DNA of 63,633 nt, counting the filler, from Syncephalis fuscata S228 (taxonomy: Eukaryota; Fungi; Zoopagomycota): the NCBI GenBank assembly GCA_025786725.1. It is 4 parts of 4 records of this genome, joined end to end, with 100 filler letters (N's around TTAATTAATTAA, not from the genome) between each part and the next. Parts side by side here need not be neighbours in the genome. Positions count along the whole stretch, not along the records: positions 33,012 to 53,692 come from JAHLTZ010000162.1; positions 53,793 to 63,633 come from JAHLTZ010000303.1; 2 more parts are not named here. One strand, 5' to 3'. Under the pieces are notes generated by a model that saw nothing but the letters and a program-made list of their open reading frames with translations, was not told the origin of the DNA and ran no database searches. Below, in pieces: positions 50,022 through 63,173 of the stretch. The position numbers were made by a program, and so were the translations under genes. Position 1 is the first letter of the stretch, and the number at the start of each line of letters is the position of its first letter.

Positions 50022-52043
50022 CAGTAAAATTGGGATAAAAATTTTATTTTATTTTTTTGGGAATTAATCATCATCAGTTTTACTGTGAAATGTGTGATTT
50101 GCCAATATGGTGTAATGTCTGTTATTCGTTAGTAGGCACTAGGCGCACATGAACATTTTAACCAAGTATTAGCACGCTATTACAATAAAATGTTCTATTT
50201 CAATTTATATTCAATATTAGTAGTCATTATTGTATTATTGTAACGATTCTAGTTAATTCTTTGTATTATGAAATGATGAAAAATAAAAAGCACGGTAAAC
50301 CATACTCCATTATACTAAATATGCTGTCCATATACCTATGAGTGAATAGAAAGTATGCCACTTTGCCATACACTAAACTATCTTATACATTATATAATTT
50401 AATACACCTTACTCACTTATTGCGTTATACACACTATAACTTCAACATTGCAATCGTACATCTTCCATTGTATATTCGTTATACCACATATCATTGTATT
50501 ATCTACTAATCAAAACCTATTATTAAAAGCCGTCTGCTCGCTGCCAAGTCCATTTGCTATAAAATTTAACTTATTTGCTTAACTTGCCCATACACATATC
50601 CATACTATAACCTTAATGTGATTATTCACACAAGTATTGCCGTTAGTTTATTCAGTTCTATATTATTATATGTTTTAATATCTACACTCTATTAAAGCTA
50701 TTGTTTATTTAGCGCTAATTTTATCTGTTATGAATCTCGATTGGTTTTACTTATATTGTTGTCATGAGCATTATAACTTTGCAATAAATCATGCTAGTCT
50801 AATTAATAAAATGCGACAACCATTAAACAAGTGTATGCAAATCTATAAAGATAGCCACGCGGATTTGCGAAGAAATGTTAAAATCAACTATATGTCCATT
50901 GTATATAACTAGGAATAGCGCAAGACATATGGATAAAAGTGTCTACAATAGATGTTAAAGAAAAGTCCGGTGATTTATATTGCTGCATTTGGTATAATAA
51001 TCAGTATTAACATTGCTGTTATTGCCACTAATGTTATTATTATCATTCCTGCAATCAGTAATTAGTATGTGAACTTGTATATACTTTATCGAATAAATCA
51101 CTCCATGTTGAACTGCCTCAATTCTATTTATTTCACCATCCGTTGTATTGCTATAACTGCTTTAATTTATATGATCACTGTGACGTTAAAATACTATAAA
51201 AAACATTGTAACACAATTCTTTGCACTTATTTATGTTAGCACATGTATAACACAGCATGCTATAAGTAGCCATGTGTATTGTAACTCGTAAATTACACAA
51301 CTGTCCAAATGACTTGTGGCATGGCAACACATAACACAATGTAGCTATTTATCCCATGCCGCCACTCCATGCAATCTATTGTCAATCTATCGACATATAC
51401 GTCGGGCTGCTGATGTCAAGAATGATAAAAAGAAACTGCGCAGTTTAAAAGTATGTGTATTTTCCATCTTGATACTATTAGATCCCCGCGCGCCAATAGC
51501 AATCCACTAGACTGCGCTAATATCCACTGCCTTGCACTGCCTTAAATGGCAATACTATTTGAAATGCAATTGCCGCCTTGTGACAGCATTCATATCATTT
51601 TTGCTTTGGCATGCTGTAAATAAGAAAGCCGGTTTGGCTCATATGCCTTCCTTCCGACACTGTCTCGCCTCTGGTATTTCTTTGTCTACAATTTGTGTGT
51701 GCGTATTCTGCCGCTTACTTATAATTCTACCTCTTGCTAATCATATCTAAATAGCTCTTTTCTTTGTGTGCTGGTAAATCTCACACCCACTAATTACTAC
51801 TCATTAGTTGGCTATTACATCCTGTAAGCAATATAGCCATGCTGTCGTCTTTATTACATTATATACAGTACTCTACAGTCATTAGTAGAGAACTTGGATA
51901 GTAATTTCCCTGCCTGTTTGTCTATTTGCTAGTGCTTGCGCTATATTTCTTTATTTCTCGTCATCTTAAGGCATAATAGCAAACTACTCTTATATATATA
52001 TATATATATATATTATTTTATTACCTCTATCTCATAATACAGC

Positions 52044-52821
52044 ATGTTTATCGCGCGTACCCTTTTGAATGTACTTTGCTTGGTGCAGCTGTCTATGCCC
52101 AACAGCCAAGCCCCACGCAGCAGCCAGTTCTCTCAGCGACAGATACTCGAACAATGATGCTGCCTACAACATCAACATTAGCGTCAGGCGTATCAATCCC
52201 AGCACCGACAAATCAAGATAGGCTACCTATCAACTCGGCTACTGCTCGTTTGAAAACTAACACTACGACCAACTCGATCATACTGACGGTTGTTATAGCC
52301 GAAGCGGATAGTCAAAGAACGCCCGCCGAAGATATGAAATTGGTTAATCTCACGGGGACTGGTTTTACTCCAAGCGATGCCAAAATCTATCGTCTTGCCG
52401 TTCATACAGGAATAGCTGCCGATGGTGACTGTAACAATGGGGCTATTGGCGCAATGTGGATCCCGACAATGTCAATAAGACTGCCGTCTGTGATCCACTA
52501 ATGAATATTCGTTCATGCGCGATAGGTGACTGGAACAGTCGATTTGGATACTTCAATACCACGAAAAACGGCACAGTTAGCCTTTCATGGAGCGGTGACG
52601 ATTTACCATTAAATGGCGCAACTAACCGCTCACTCCTCAACCACATGATTATGCTTTATAACAAAGATACGCGAATTGCTTGTGGTGTCATTAAAGCAGA
52701 CAACTCGACTATTCAGATTCCTCAACCTACCAGCTTTGGCATTAGCCTACACTCGTCATCCTACACGACAATGGCCCTCGGTGCCGCTATGATGGCTTTG
52801 GTGTTGGCAATGGTTCAATAG
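52044..52821 (+). CDS. GPI-anchored Cu/Zn-SOD-fold protein lacking most metal-binding His; two apparent frameshifts
   Basis: ATG 52044, signal-like N-terminus. YRLAVHT...DC..GAM(W/D)P, C......CAIGDWNSRFG, SLLNHMIMLY..TRIACGVI match the extracellular fungal SOD pattern. Hydrophobic C-terminal signal. Frame changes at ~52075 and ~52458. Confidence 0.65.
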
Positions 52822-53198
52822 TAGCATGGAATGGGATGTTATTACGGCTATGAAGCTGTGATGTTGCTGTTTGATACGGCTACATTGCAATTAGTTCATA
52901 CGCCCAATAAACTATATCTACATAAAGTATTACTAACATACTGCAGATCATGATCATTAGCACCTAGTATGAACAATTAACATTAACACAATGCTATGTT
53001 TAATAAATACTAATCATATATAAATATATTCTATTAAACCAATGAATACACTGTTGTTAACAAGTATTAACGCATCATTAATTACTGGTTGTAATTTGAG
53101 TTTATTAGCACGCAACTCTCAAAAGATTTGCACTTGTGCCATATAGCCAACTACAACACTATAGGCACACAGATGACAGCCCGACATATAGAAATGAA

Positions 53199-53692
53199 CT
53201 AAGGTCCATTGCCAAAGTGTACAAGTACCCAGTACGCTTCAGCAGTCAACTCTTTGGAACCATAGCAGAACGTCATACCGTTTGACAAGTGTGGGCCGGC
53301 CTTTCCAACCTGTAGTCCGCCTACATGCTCTGCTTTGGCAATAAACAGCTATACAGCAATGGTTAAATCAGTACAAGAAAATAGACGTTTATCAGCAAGC
53401 GTACCTTTTGACCATCGGCCTCCCAACCAGCCTCAACTGGGATCCAGTCTTCGGGCAATGCAGCGCCACGGCAACCGACCCAGCGGAACTTGCTAGCGTC
53501 GCCTGTAAGTACTTCGTATTGCTTAATCTTGATTTCTTTGCCTATAAAACACGCCAATGCCATTAGCTCAAACAAATCCCACTAGCTTCCAGTAAACACT
53601 TACTGCCATAACCAATAAGAAGGCCACCAAAGTTTGGCGACACTTTGCCGACTTGCGTGCTGCCCTTATACTCGCCGCGGCCAACGTAAAGT
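53199..53692 (-). CDS. DM9-repeat / DUF3421 protein (5' end lost in the gap)
   Basis: Two repeats: YVGRGEYKGSTQVGKV...IGYGSKEIKIKQYEVL and PVEAGWEADGQKLFIAKAEHVGGLQVGKA...FCYGSKE...YWVL. Two introns. Confidence 0.8.
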
Positions 53693-53792
53693 NNNNNNNN
53701 NNNNNNNNNNNNNNNNNNNNNNNNNNNNNNNNNNNNTTAATTAATTAANNNNNNNNNNNNNNNNNNNNNNNNNNNNNNNNNNNNNNNNNNNN
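53693..53792. other. Artificial contig linker / gap
   Basis: N44-TTAATTAATTAA-N44. Confidence 0.95.
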
Positions 53793-55102
53793 GCTATCAT
53801 ATACTCTAATATACTTTCATCAAAGCCGTGACTATAAGACTAATGCTGGGCAGGTATTTAGTGCACATTGCTTACTATGGAATAATCATGAATTACTTTA
53901 TAATTGCTCAAGCATAAGAAATGTGTATAGATATATTAAAATAGAATTATAAGTATTACTGAACGTGACATGGTGTAATCGTTAGTGTTTACACTACTAC
54001 GATGACCAGCTAACTGCCCTTCTTACATATCACTACAACATCGACAAAGAAATAAGTATATGTCATTTTTAATACTCTATCAATCAATTGTAAATATGTT
54101 TATTTACTTGAAAATGCCACAGAACATTCTTTTAAAGTTTCAGTATGAGTATATTATATAAAGCATTGTAATTGTTTATTATTATTGAAGGTGTGTAGAT
54201 ATACTAACATAGCAATCGACCAAATAAGTAGACAAAACAATCATATAAATAGAAATAAACCGTGTATTATAAATATTAGAATATACACAAGTGACTTGAA
54301 TAATACCATTATATGTTATTACAGCTACGTGTATTGTATAAATGGTCTGTTATTGTTTCAGTCATGTACACGCGTTATTAATACGCGACAATCATGGTGG
54401 TGGCGTATTTATGAAAAGTAAACACAAGATCACGTGTTATGTGTCTATTTGTTGTTGTGATCACGCCGTTCAGTTCATCGGACTATTTACCGGTTTAGCA
54501 AAGGTACACGGACCGTTTAATATTCATGTCCGATGCAGGCCTGTTTTGGTTAGTGAGATCGTATTGAGCTGCATGAGTACAGGAAGATACTACATGTTGT
54601 ATATACAAATACTCGATACAAATACTCGATCATATAAACTACTGGTGTGTGAGTGTAAGATAATTGAGTGACGATTTACTGTGTAAAAAGCCGCGCAAGA
54701 TCAATCTGTAGTGCTCTATAACACTTTCTGTCTTGTTTGTTTATTCTGCTCCATCTTTTCACTTTACTACAATTTTGTAGCTTTTTTATTCAGTTTAACA
54801 GACAGTTCGTAAGGTAAGCAAATGCTGCGTCTGCGTATACGTTTATGTTTGCGTTGATTAATGGATGGTGCTATGACTGCTGTGCCAAGTTGTCCTGTTG
54901 CGTAACACTTTGCACTGTGCATGCTTTGCTTGTTTACTTTATTCAACCGCGTATTGCATCCTTGGCACTTGTTTAAGATTATTCATCCGCTTAAACTGAA
55001 TAGTTTGGTTTGTTATACTGTGCTAGTGTTTGCGTTTCATATACTGTTTACATGGTGTTAATTACATAGTGTATGCTTTTGTTATAGCCAAAGTAGTTCA
55101 GT

Positions 55103-55765
55103 ATGACTACACCATTTCATACGCGCGGTAGCTTAAAAGCCACCGCCCTGCCATTGCTCGTTAAGAAACGCGAGTTTCCTGATACGTTTATTTTGCAAGG
55201 CAGCGGAAAGACCTTGAAAAAGGTTCGCGTAACGAAATCCGTATCACGACCGATACGTGATTTGCGTCCGCCATCTTTTGCTGCCTTTACGTTCAGCTTC
55301 GAGTTCAACTACCTCCTGTCTAGCTGGGCTCCATGTAAGGCAGCTCCAATGGAGGGTGTTGAGGCGCCAGATGCCTTCACCTTCCATTCACACTACTTCT
55401 CGTCCACTGGTGCTGCCTGCGAGGCGGTGCCAATGGAAGGTATCGAATATACCGGGCCGTGCCAGCCAGCATTGGTACAGCCAAACGAGAATGGAACGGC
55501 TCGTAAAATGGCCGTCCCAAAGTCACGCCATTGTGGTGTTGCACGCAAAACTAGTGAGCAAGCACCGGCGAGTGTGGGCAATGACAAGGAGGAGCGAAAG
55601 CTGGCGGTTCCAAAGCCGCGATCTCGCGCTGCTACAAGCGCTGACCGCAAGCCGGAACCAGTAAATTCAGATGAAAAGCAGCCGGCTGGAGAGGATGATG
55701 ATGAAGAGGAATACGATAAATACTACGACGAGTATTTTGCAAAAGAATACTATGAGTATTTCTAA
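55103..55765 (+). CDS. Hypothetical protein with internal duplicated motifs and an acidic/Tyr-rich C-terminus
   Basis: 220-aa GC-elevated ORF. CKAAPMEGVE / CEAVPMEGIE and RKMAVPKSR / RKLAVPKPR repeats. Confidence 0.55.
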   Translation: MTTPFHTRGSLKATALPLLVKKREFPDTFILQGSGKTLKKVRVTKSVSRPIRDLRPPSFAAFTFSFEFNYLLSSWAPCKAAPMEGVEAPDAFTFHSHYFSSTGAACEAVPMEGIEYTGPCQPALVQPNENGTARKMAVPKSRHCGVARKTSEQAPASVGNDKEERKLAVPKPRSRAATSADRKPEPVNSDEKQPAGEDDDEEEYDKYYDEYFAKEYYEYF

Positions 55766-56596
55766 ACAATGTAAGTAAATACAAAAATTAAATACAACAA
55801 TGCTAATACTAGTATAGATATTATTATCATGGGCGGGACCTACAAGCAAGTGGCTCTGTACACCGGGCCTTGTCGTTCTAATATAGAACTTGACAGGGAC
55901 TGGGAACGGCAGCTACTTGTTTAATGGGCTAGCTATATTTGCGGTTTTCAAGTTATTTTATTTTGTTCTTTATATTTTGTACTAATAAATCAGTTTATAA
56001 TCATTAACAATTACTACAAACTAATACTAATACTAATTTTTAAGCAATTGGTACTTAGGCAATAGAATGCAACACATTATCTCTGGACTTGTAATTAATT
56101 CAAATTAACAAGTCGTTTATTTTAAGTAATATACTAATGAATATTATGTATTTACATCTATAGCATAAACTGTAGTTCAATTTAATCTATTCAAACTATA
56201 TATATCGTGTATAATGGTATGCTTAGCCAGTTCCATAAAACTATATGAAAATTGTGATGGCTGATAAATGAAGAAGTAACAGCACATGATAGTTACTAGA
56301 ATTGAAAATTAAATCAAATAAAAATCAAATTATTAGTGGTTTCTATTCAACTACCGCATTACTGTTAGTACTATTTTGGACACATGCCTTTATTTTGTTG
56401 GATAAGCTAAAATGGCACTTACCACATGCCATTATTCTTTTATAGAACCATGTTATCTGAATTTAAAAGTAGCTGCCAAGTATTTATTTAAATATTTTCA
56501 CAGCATATACATCGTCCTATTCTTTATTCGCCTTTATCGACAATTCCATACAATTAAATTATACAATTATTTTCGATACAGTAGTTAGTTATAGCG

Positions 56597-58432
56597 ATGA
56601 TAGCAAGCCATGCACAACCATTGACAATATTTACATTGTTACTATTTTGTTCAACACAGCACTTTGCTGTAAACAGTGCCAACATATATGAATATGATTT
56701 TAACACAAAACCTTACATCAACCGCCCCTTTATTAGCTCTAGAGTCACTGGCAAACCAGTTTATGTGACACCTTACTATGGACCCACCGGTGTTGAAACA
56801 CTTCATGCCATGGGTGTCAAAGGAAAAGGTGTAAAACTTGGAATTATTGATAGTGGGATTAGTTCTAAGCTACTGCATTTAAAGGAAATCTTAAGCATAA
56901 CCACAAATTTGTAGGCACTGATAACAACCAAGCTGAAGATCCAGCTAATTGCAATAATCGCGGCACAAATCTGGCTGGAATTGCCGTTGCAAAAACCAAG
57001 TATTTCACTGGAGTTGCACCCGAGGCAACACTTGGCATCTATTGCGTATTTGGCTGCACAGGTCCAACTTCAACTTCATTGGTATTGAAAGCTATAACAG
57101 CAGCAATCAAGGATCAAATGAAAATTATTGTATTGCCGGAAATTGCTGTCGTAGATGAAAAAAGCATCGAACTAAGAAAGACAATAGAAGATGCTACGAA
57201 AGATGGTGTGATTATGATTGTTGCTGCAACAATCGATAATTTTGTAAATCAGCAACATTTTTCATACAGAGGCCTTCCTGTATTAAGCGTTGGTGGCGCC
57301 AAACAAAAGTACCGACTATCGCATTGGTTTGAAGAGAAAACAACTGGCCGTCGTATCGAGTTTATGTCTACATGTTCAAACATGAAATATAACTTTAACA
57401 AAGAAATGGATATTATTCCTAGAAATACTGTAGGCAGATTCAACAATATCTTATTGGGTTTAAAAGAGGAGGCATCGCACTTGTGTGGTATGATAGAACA
57501 AAAATACTGACCTTGTTAGATTATGCTAAAGCAATAGGAATGACTGGTCTTATTATTGTAAACCGTCCTAAAACAGTCCACAAATGCGGTGTACCTTTAT
57601 TTGATATTAGTGAAAAAATGCTTTATTTATAGAAGAAGGCTACATCAATCAACGTGGATATAAATACATTTTTGCAGAAAAATATGGCTACATTAAGGAT
57701 GGCAACGTTATTGTAGACACAGCTGGACCGCAGAATGAACCATTCATACCGCCTTTCTATCCTGACATCTTGGCACCAAGTCACGAAATTTACACTATCA
57801 CCCATAGTAAAAAAATGGACGAACCTCATTTCAGCGATATATCAGCTGCTGTTGCATATGTTGCTGGTGCGATTGCACTGATAGCTGAAATTAATGACAA
57901 GAGTTTGATTGACGTTAAATATGCCAAAGCTGTATTACAAAATAGCGCAGTTCCAGTCAAAGTTAATAATGCAAATTCCTACGTTTCTCCATTATATCAG
58001 GGTGCTGGCATGATTAATCTTGCCAAGCCAATAGATACTAAAAGTGTTTATGTTTCTCTATCTTCAATTAATATGGGACATACCTATGCTAGAATAGTAA
58101 ATATACCGATCAATATTTCAACTCTATCCGCCACATCACTACCGTATAAGCTTTCACATATTCCTGCTGCTGCAGTTTTAGAATCATCGCCTATTAGCAA
58201 CATGCCATTAAAACGATCTCTAGTTGCAACCGTTCTTTTTCCAAAATTTATTAATCTACAGCCAGATCAGACAAAAGAAATTATTGTAACAATCAGTACA
58301 CCAACGAATATACAAAAGCATGAAATATGGTCATATTCCGGGTATATTGTAATTGATGCTAATCCAGGAATTAATGGATCACCATCGAGCCATGCTGTTT
58401 ATGTTCCATATTATGGAACAGTTAGAGGTTAA
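56597..58432 (+). CDS. Secreted subtilisin-like (S8) protein with C-terminal Fn3-like domain; degenerate active site, apparent frameshifts
   Basis: Signal peptide, LHAMGVKGKGVKLGIIDSG, CNNRGTNLAGI...FTGVAPEATLGIYCVFGC, PDILAPS, SDISAAVAYVAGAIAL, SPLYQGAGMIN, YSGYI...VPYYG. Intron ~56855-56914. Confidence 0.75.
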
Positions 58433-59596
58433 ACAGCTTAGATATAGACTATGCTTAACATTGTTTTGTTATTCATTGGCATTATTACTTTTATAATAGC
58501 CTAACTAATAAACATATTATATTTTACTTCTACCTCTTGACTATTGTATTCAACATAGTGTATTTTCTGTATGGTATATTCAAATATTCTAATTTCTAAA
58601 AGCTTTTAATCTTCGTTTATGTAAGTTGAACAAACTGTATTAATCGTACAACATGCTGTGTGTCATTTAAAATTATTATACGTTTTGCTTTTATTAGCAA
58701 TTTTATTAGCCATTAGTGTGATTCGGAGATTAATTGTCTAAATTTAATAATATATGCACATTTAAACTAAACATTTGTTCTATTAAACATGATGATGGAT
58801 GGTGAATGACAGCAATCATCAAATATTCACCATTGTAGATTTATTATTTAGTATGCATATACCTAGTATACATATATCACTCCCATTCTATTCCACACTA
58901 TTATATAGCATTCTGTGATATACTAGACAAATTCTATTGTTTATATGCTCCAGTAAACTTTACTCATTTCATCCATTGCTTTCTATACACTATAACTTCA
59001 ACAGCACTTGTACAATATAATGAATGTGCAATAAAAAGGTGTGCTATTACTTTATTATCTAGTAAATAAGCGCTATCTATTGCAACTGCCTTTATTGTTA
59101 TAGCGCCATTATTAATAAATTTCGACTTATTGAGCTTATTAAAATACATATATGTATATACTTGGGACCTATAACAAATTGGATGCGTCTATTATACCAT
59201 AGAATGATATATAGTAGTATAAGATAGAATGGAAATGAAATAAAAAGATAGAGGGTATATGCATATTGAATAATAAATCTACGATAATGAGTATTTTGCT
59301 CATTGATGTCACTCGCCATCCATCATTTTGTTCAATAGAACAAATGTGTAGTTCAGTTACGCGAATATAATTGAATATAGTCATTTAATACCAAATCGCA
59401 TTAGATTATTAATAAATTGTTTAATATTACTGTGATAATAATGATAGAAATAACACAATGACAAAAAACATCATTTACGCATTAGAAAGATAAATCGTTG
59501 GCTTATAAGCTTACATAAATAAACAAATATACTATAAATATAAGCAATATATTTTTATTGCTAGAATTACTATTTATCAATAAAAATATTCTATTA

Positions 59597-59935
59597 TTAT
59601 GACTCCTCGTCTTTTTCCATCGTATTGACTGTTTGTACAGCGAGTAAAACATTTGCTTGAACTTGTTGTGCCCGTTGTTGCAAATCGGATAGATTTGCGT
59701 GTAGCTCAGGCACTAATCGCGTTGTTAGTTGACTGGCCTCTTTGGCTAGTTGCTCATCTAGTTCTTTGGCCGTTGTTTCTAACTGAACTAAAGTGGTTGC
59801 TGTCCAGGACAAAATACGCACTGCTTCCGAATGATCTCCCTCATTTTCAGTGTTGTCAGACAAGTATGCGCCCAACGTCTGGTTTACCCAGTTCTCGGCT
59901 GTCTGTGCGTCATTCTTAAGTAAAAGCGACGACAT
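59597..59935 (-). CDS. Small coiled-coil protein with weak resemblance to COG7/tether-complex N-termini
   Basis: 112-aa ORF, AENWVNQTL...LVQLETTAKELDEQL...LVPELHANLSDLQQRAQ. Confidence 0.5.
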   Translation of the reverse strand: MSSLLLKNDAQTAENWVNQTLGAYLSDNTENEGDHSEAVRILSWTATTLVQLETTAKELDEQLAKEASQLTTRLVPELHANLSDLQQRAQQVQANVLLAVQTVNTMEKDEES

Positions 59936-60032
59936 ATATTTTTAATAACACAAATGACAAGTGAACAATAGAAAGAAACAGCTAAATGGGTCGATTTATT
60001 TACAATAGTAATGAAACTATAAAGCAATGGAA

Positions 60033-61023
60033 TTATTTAGCAGAGCTTTGTTCCTCTTCACTTGGCATTTTTACGATGATCAATGGCATAGTGCAATTAT
60101 GAGCACAATAGTCACTGACACTGCCTAGCAATGTTCTGTAAATCGATAGGTATGATTAATAAACTATTATAATCATTACCGCCAATCTGTCTCGAGTATT
60201 TACCGTTTAAGCACACCTAATCCACGTGAGCCAAGTATCAATACATCCGCGCGTACTTCCTCGGATTTGCGCACTAATTCATCGCGGGCATCACCTCGAA
60301 GAGCGATGGCTTTGACGGCAATCTATTGTCAAATAGATTTATTAAGCACTAGATATAATGCAATGTTAATCAATCTGCTTACTTTGTGATCCATTAATCG
60401 AGCCGCATAGTCTCGTAGAAATTGGTGACTGGCATCTCGATGCTATTAGTGCCATTATCCAATTTATAATGATCAATTAATCAACGTGTTATTGCAATTA
60501 TTAGCAATAGCATTTTATTTATTTATCTTCCACTACTTACTGCTTTCTCGATAGTCATTGCATAGTCGGAAAAGTCGAGATAGCCGGCACCTAATCAATA
60601 TCAACAGATGTATTAGTAAAGTGGCTTTATCTAGCGACTCGACATGTCGCCCGTCAAATACCAGCCACACCATATGGAGCAGGCACCGCAACTGGATTGC
60701 GCACGTTCAGCAATACGACCTAAATCACATGGTAAAAATAGAAAGAAAAGCTATGTTATAGAATAGAAAAGCGCCGCCACCATTCAGCTTACTAGATCGG
60801 TATCGGGCCTAATAAAGTTCTCGACTGCCCAGTCAAACGCATATCGGCCATGATCGCTATACTCGAGTGCCAGACAAACAACTCGCTTAAGCTGGGCCGT
60901 CTCCACCTCGGGGTGGTCCGATACCAAGTGTTCCTGTGCCTCTTGTTCAGCCAGTGTAGGCTTAGTTGTTGCTGTATCGGCCGCAGCACTGTCGCCACCA
61001 CTATTCGCGTTAGTTGCAGACAT
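60033..61023 (-). CDS. Universal stress protein (USP) family, multi-exon
   Basis: RVVCLALEYSDHGRYAFDWAVENF, KAIALRGDARDELVRK, LILGSRGLGVLKR..LGSVSDYCAHNCTMPLIIVK. Confidence 0.92.
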
Positions 61024-61596
61024 GGTTGGTTAGTAACGGTGAGTTGACTTGTTGGTAGAATAGAAAGGAAAGATAAGTGTGCAAGATAGTATTGTGCATA
61101 GAAGTCGTGTATAAATTGAGGCGTGACATCTTTGCAGCTGTGCACTGATAAAATAGCTTTATAATGGATTCAAATCTACAACCAATTGGTTGTCATGCAT
61201 GAATGTAAAATGACGTCAAATGTGAGTCTTACTTGTGTTGTCCGACACCAAAACATTCACACTAAAATGGCAATGCATTTTTCATGCCATCCATCAAGGA
61301 TAGTATACAAATAAAGCAATGGCTAATAATAATAATGCACATCTTAGTAATGCATGAAAATGCTCGGCATTCAAATCAACATAGTATAATGATTTGTGCA
61401 TAGCATGAATCAATGGCATAAATTGTCCAACTAAACATGGAAATGTAAAAATACATAATATTTTGTGCTAAAATAGTTAGCATGCGCAAACACACATGCG
61501 CATTTATTAGCGAAATGTATCCATGAAGCATAATACGATAACGCTTAGAGTGTGTACGTGTGTGTGTAGATGGAGATGGTAGGCAATACCGTCGAC

Positions 61597-62912
61597 TTAA
61601 CGGGACTTGGCAGCGACAGCGGGACGAGCACCCTTTTGTTGTTGCTTGCTGACCTTGGCGCCAGCCTGAGCGGGGCGGCTAGCCTAGATAGTTGCCCAAC
61701 AATCATGTAAAATATAATTAGCATTACATAATTAAAACTATATACTTTATTCTCCGCTTATCTTACCTTCTCGGAAGCCTTCTTCTTGGCCTTCTCGGCC
61801 TTTTCAGCCTTAGCCTTCTTGACGGCCTCAACGCGAGCAGCAGCGCGGACTTCTGGCTTCTGGTTACGCTTAGCCTTGATGGCATCCATGGTGGTACCGG
61901 CAATGGCGCGCTGGTGCTTGACAGCACGACGAGTGCGCTTCTTGGCGATCTCCTCAGTGATGCCCTTCTTGTGCATGCGACGGAACACCACAGTCCAGTG
62001 GATCTTACGTGGGTTCTTGCGCTGAAGGAACAACGAAGCCGCCTTGGAGCTGATCAAGCGGAAAGACTATATAACATAACAGTTATTAATTAATTAGTTA
62101 CCAACTGATAGAATTTCATAAACTCATCACATCATTGATGTATTGTAAAATATTAATAGTAAATAATATTACTAATAAAAATAATAATAAATTAATCATA
62201 AATTAATAGCGTAAAACCAATTTACGATTCTATTATTATTATTATTATTACATCATTACTATCTATCGATTAAAAGACTAATAATAATCGCTTCAATAAA
62301 AGTGACATTATCCATTTACTTACACGGTTGTCCGAGCGGACATACAGGATTCCGTGACCCGGGTGGATCTTGTACCCGGTGAACGAGCAGATCTCCAACC
62401 TAAATAAACACAATAAATACAGTTGTTAGTCATCTAACTAGCATAGTCTCTCTAGAACCCAGCAAAGCAATAACTCGCATATTTAATTGTTTATCTCATA
62501 GACTATACAGTTAGATGTATATGCCATGTCAATAACTGTGTATATAGGGACTGTAATAGAGACATTCCTTCAAGTCATTCTACAGGGCGGCATTCACCCA
62601 AGCAAACTAGATGGCATTAACCTGCCATCTACTTTCATCCATCCGCGTTATTGTCGATGCATCTGCTAATTAATTTGTAGATTCATAGATTAAATGGATG
62701 CATAGCTTAAATATATATATATATGTACTGGTCTATGATGACAAGCATCCATGTAGCGCGTCTAGTCATAATGATCTATATCCTATATATCTACCCAACT
62801 AGCACCATCCATCTATCCATCCATTTATCCATCCATCTATGCTATACATTACGCCAGCACGCTATCCATCTCTATAGTTATCTATCATAGTGTTTGTAGT
62901 TACGCACTTCAT
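61597..62912 (-). CDS. RPL24: 60S ribosomal protein L24 (eL24), 4 exons
   Basis: MK|[25 protein letters not shown]|...[23 protein letters not shown]...VAAKSR*. Exon 1 is ATGAA at 62912-62908. Confidence 0.95.
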
Positions 62913-63173
62913 GTTGTGTGGTATGTGTGTTTTGGTACTCGATCGGGAGTGGCGACGTGCGAGAGAGGAGGGACCAAACTGATCCTCAGTAACCAAGACC
63001 GCCGTTTGTGTGGCTGATCGTGGTGGTGAGTGGGCAGCGGTGCTAACTGTGATACTATCATTCACCCAAGCCAGTTTCTATTTCCAACTCAACATGATCA
63101 CACACAGTTTATCAATCTCATTTGAACACAACACAATACTGAGTATTGCTTTATTGGCCAAGTATGAATCAAT

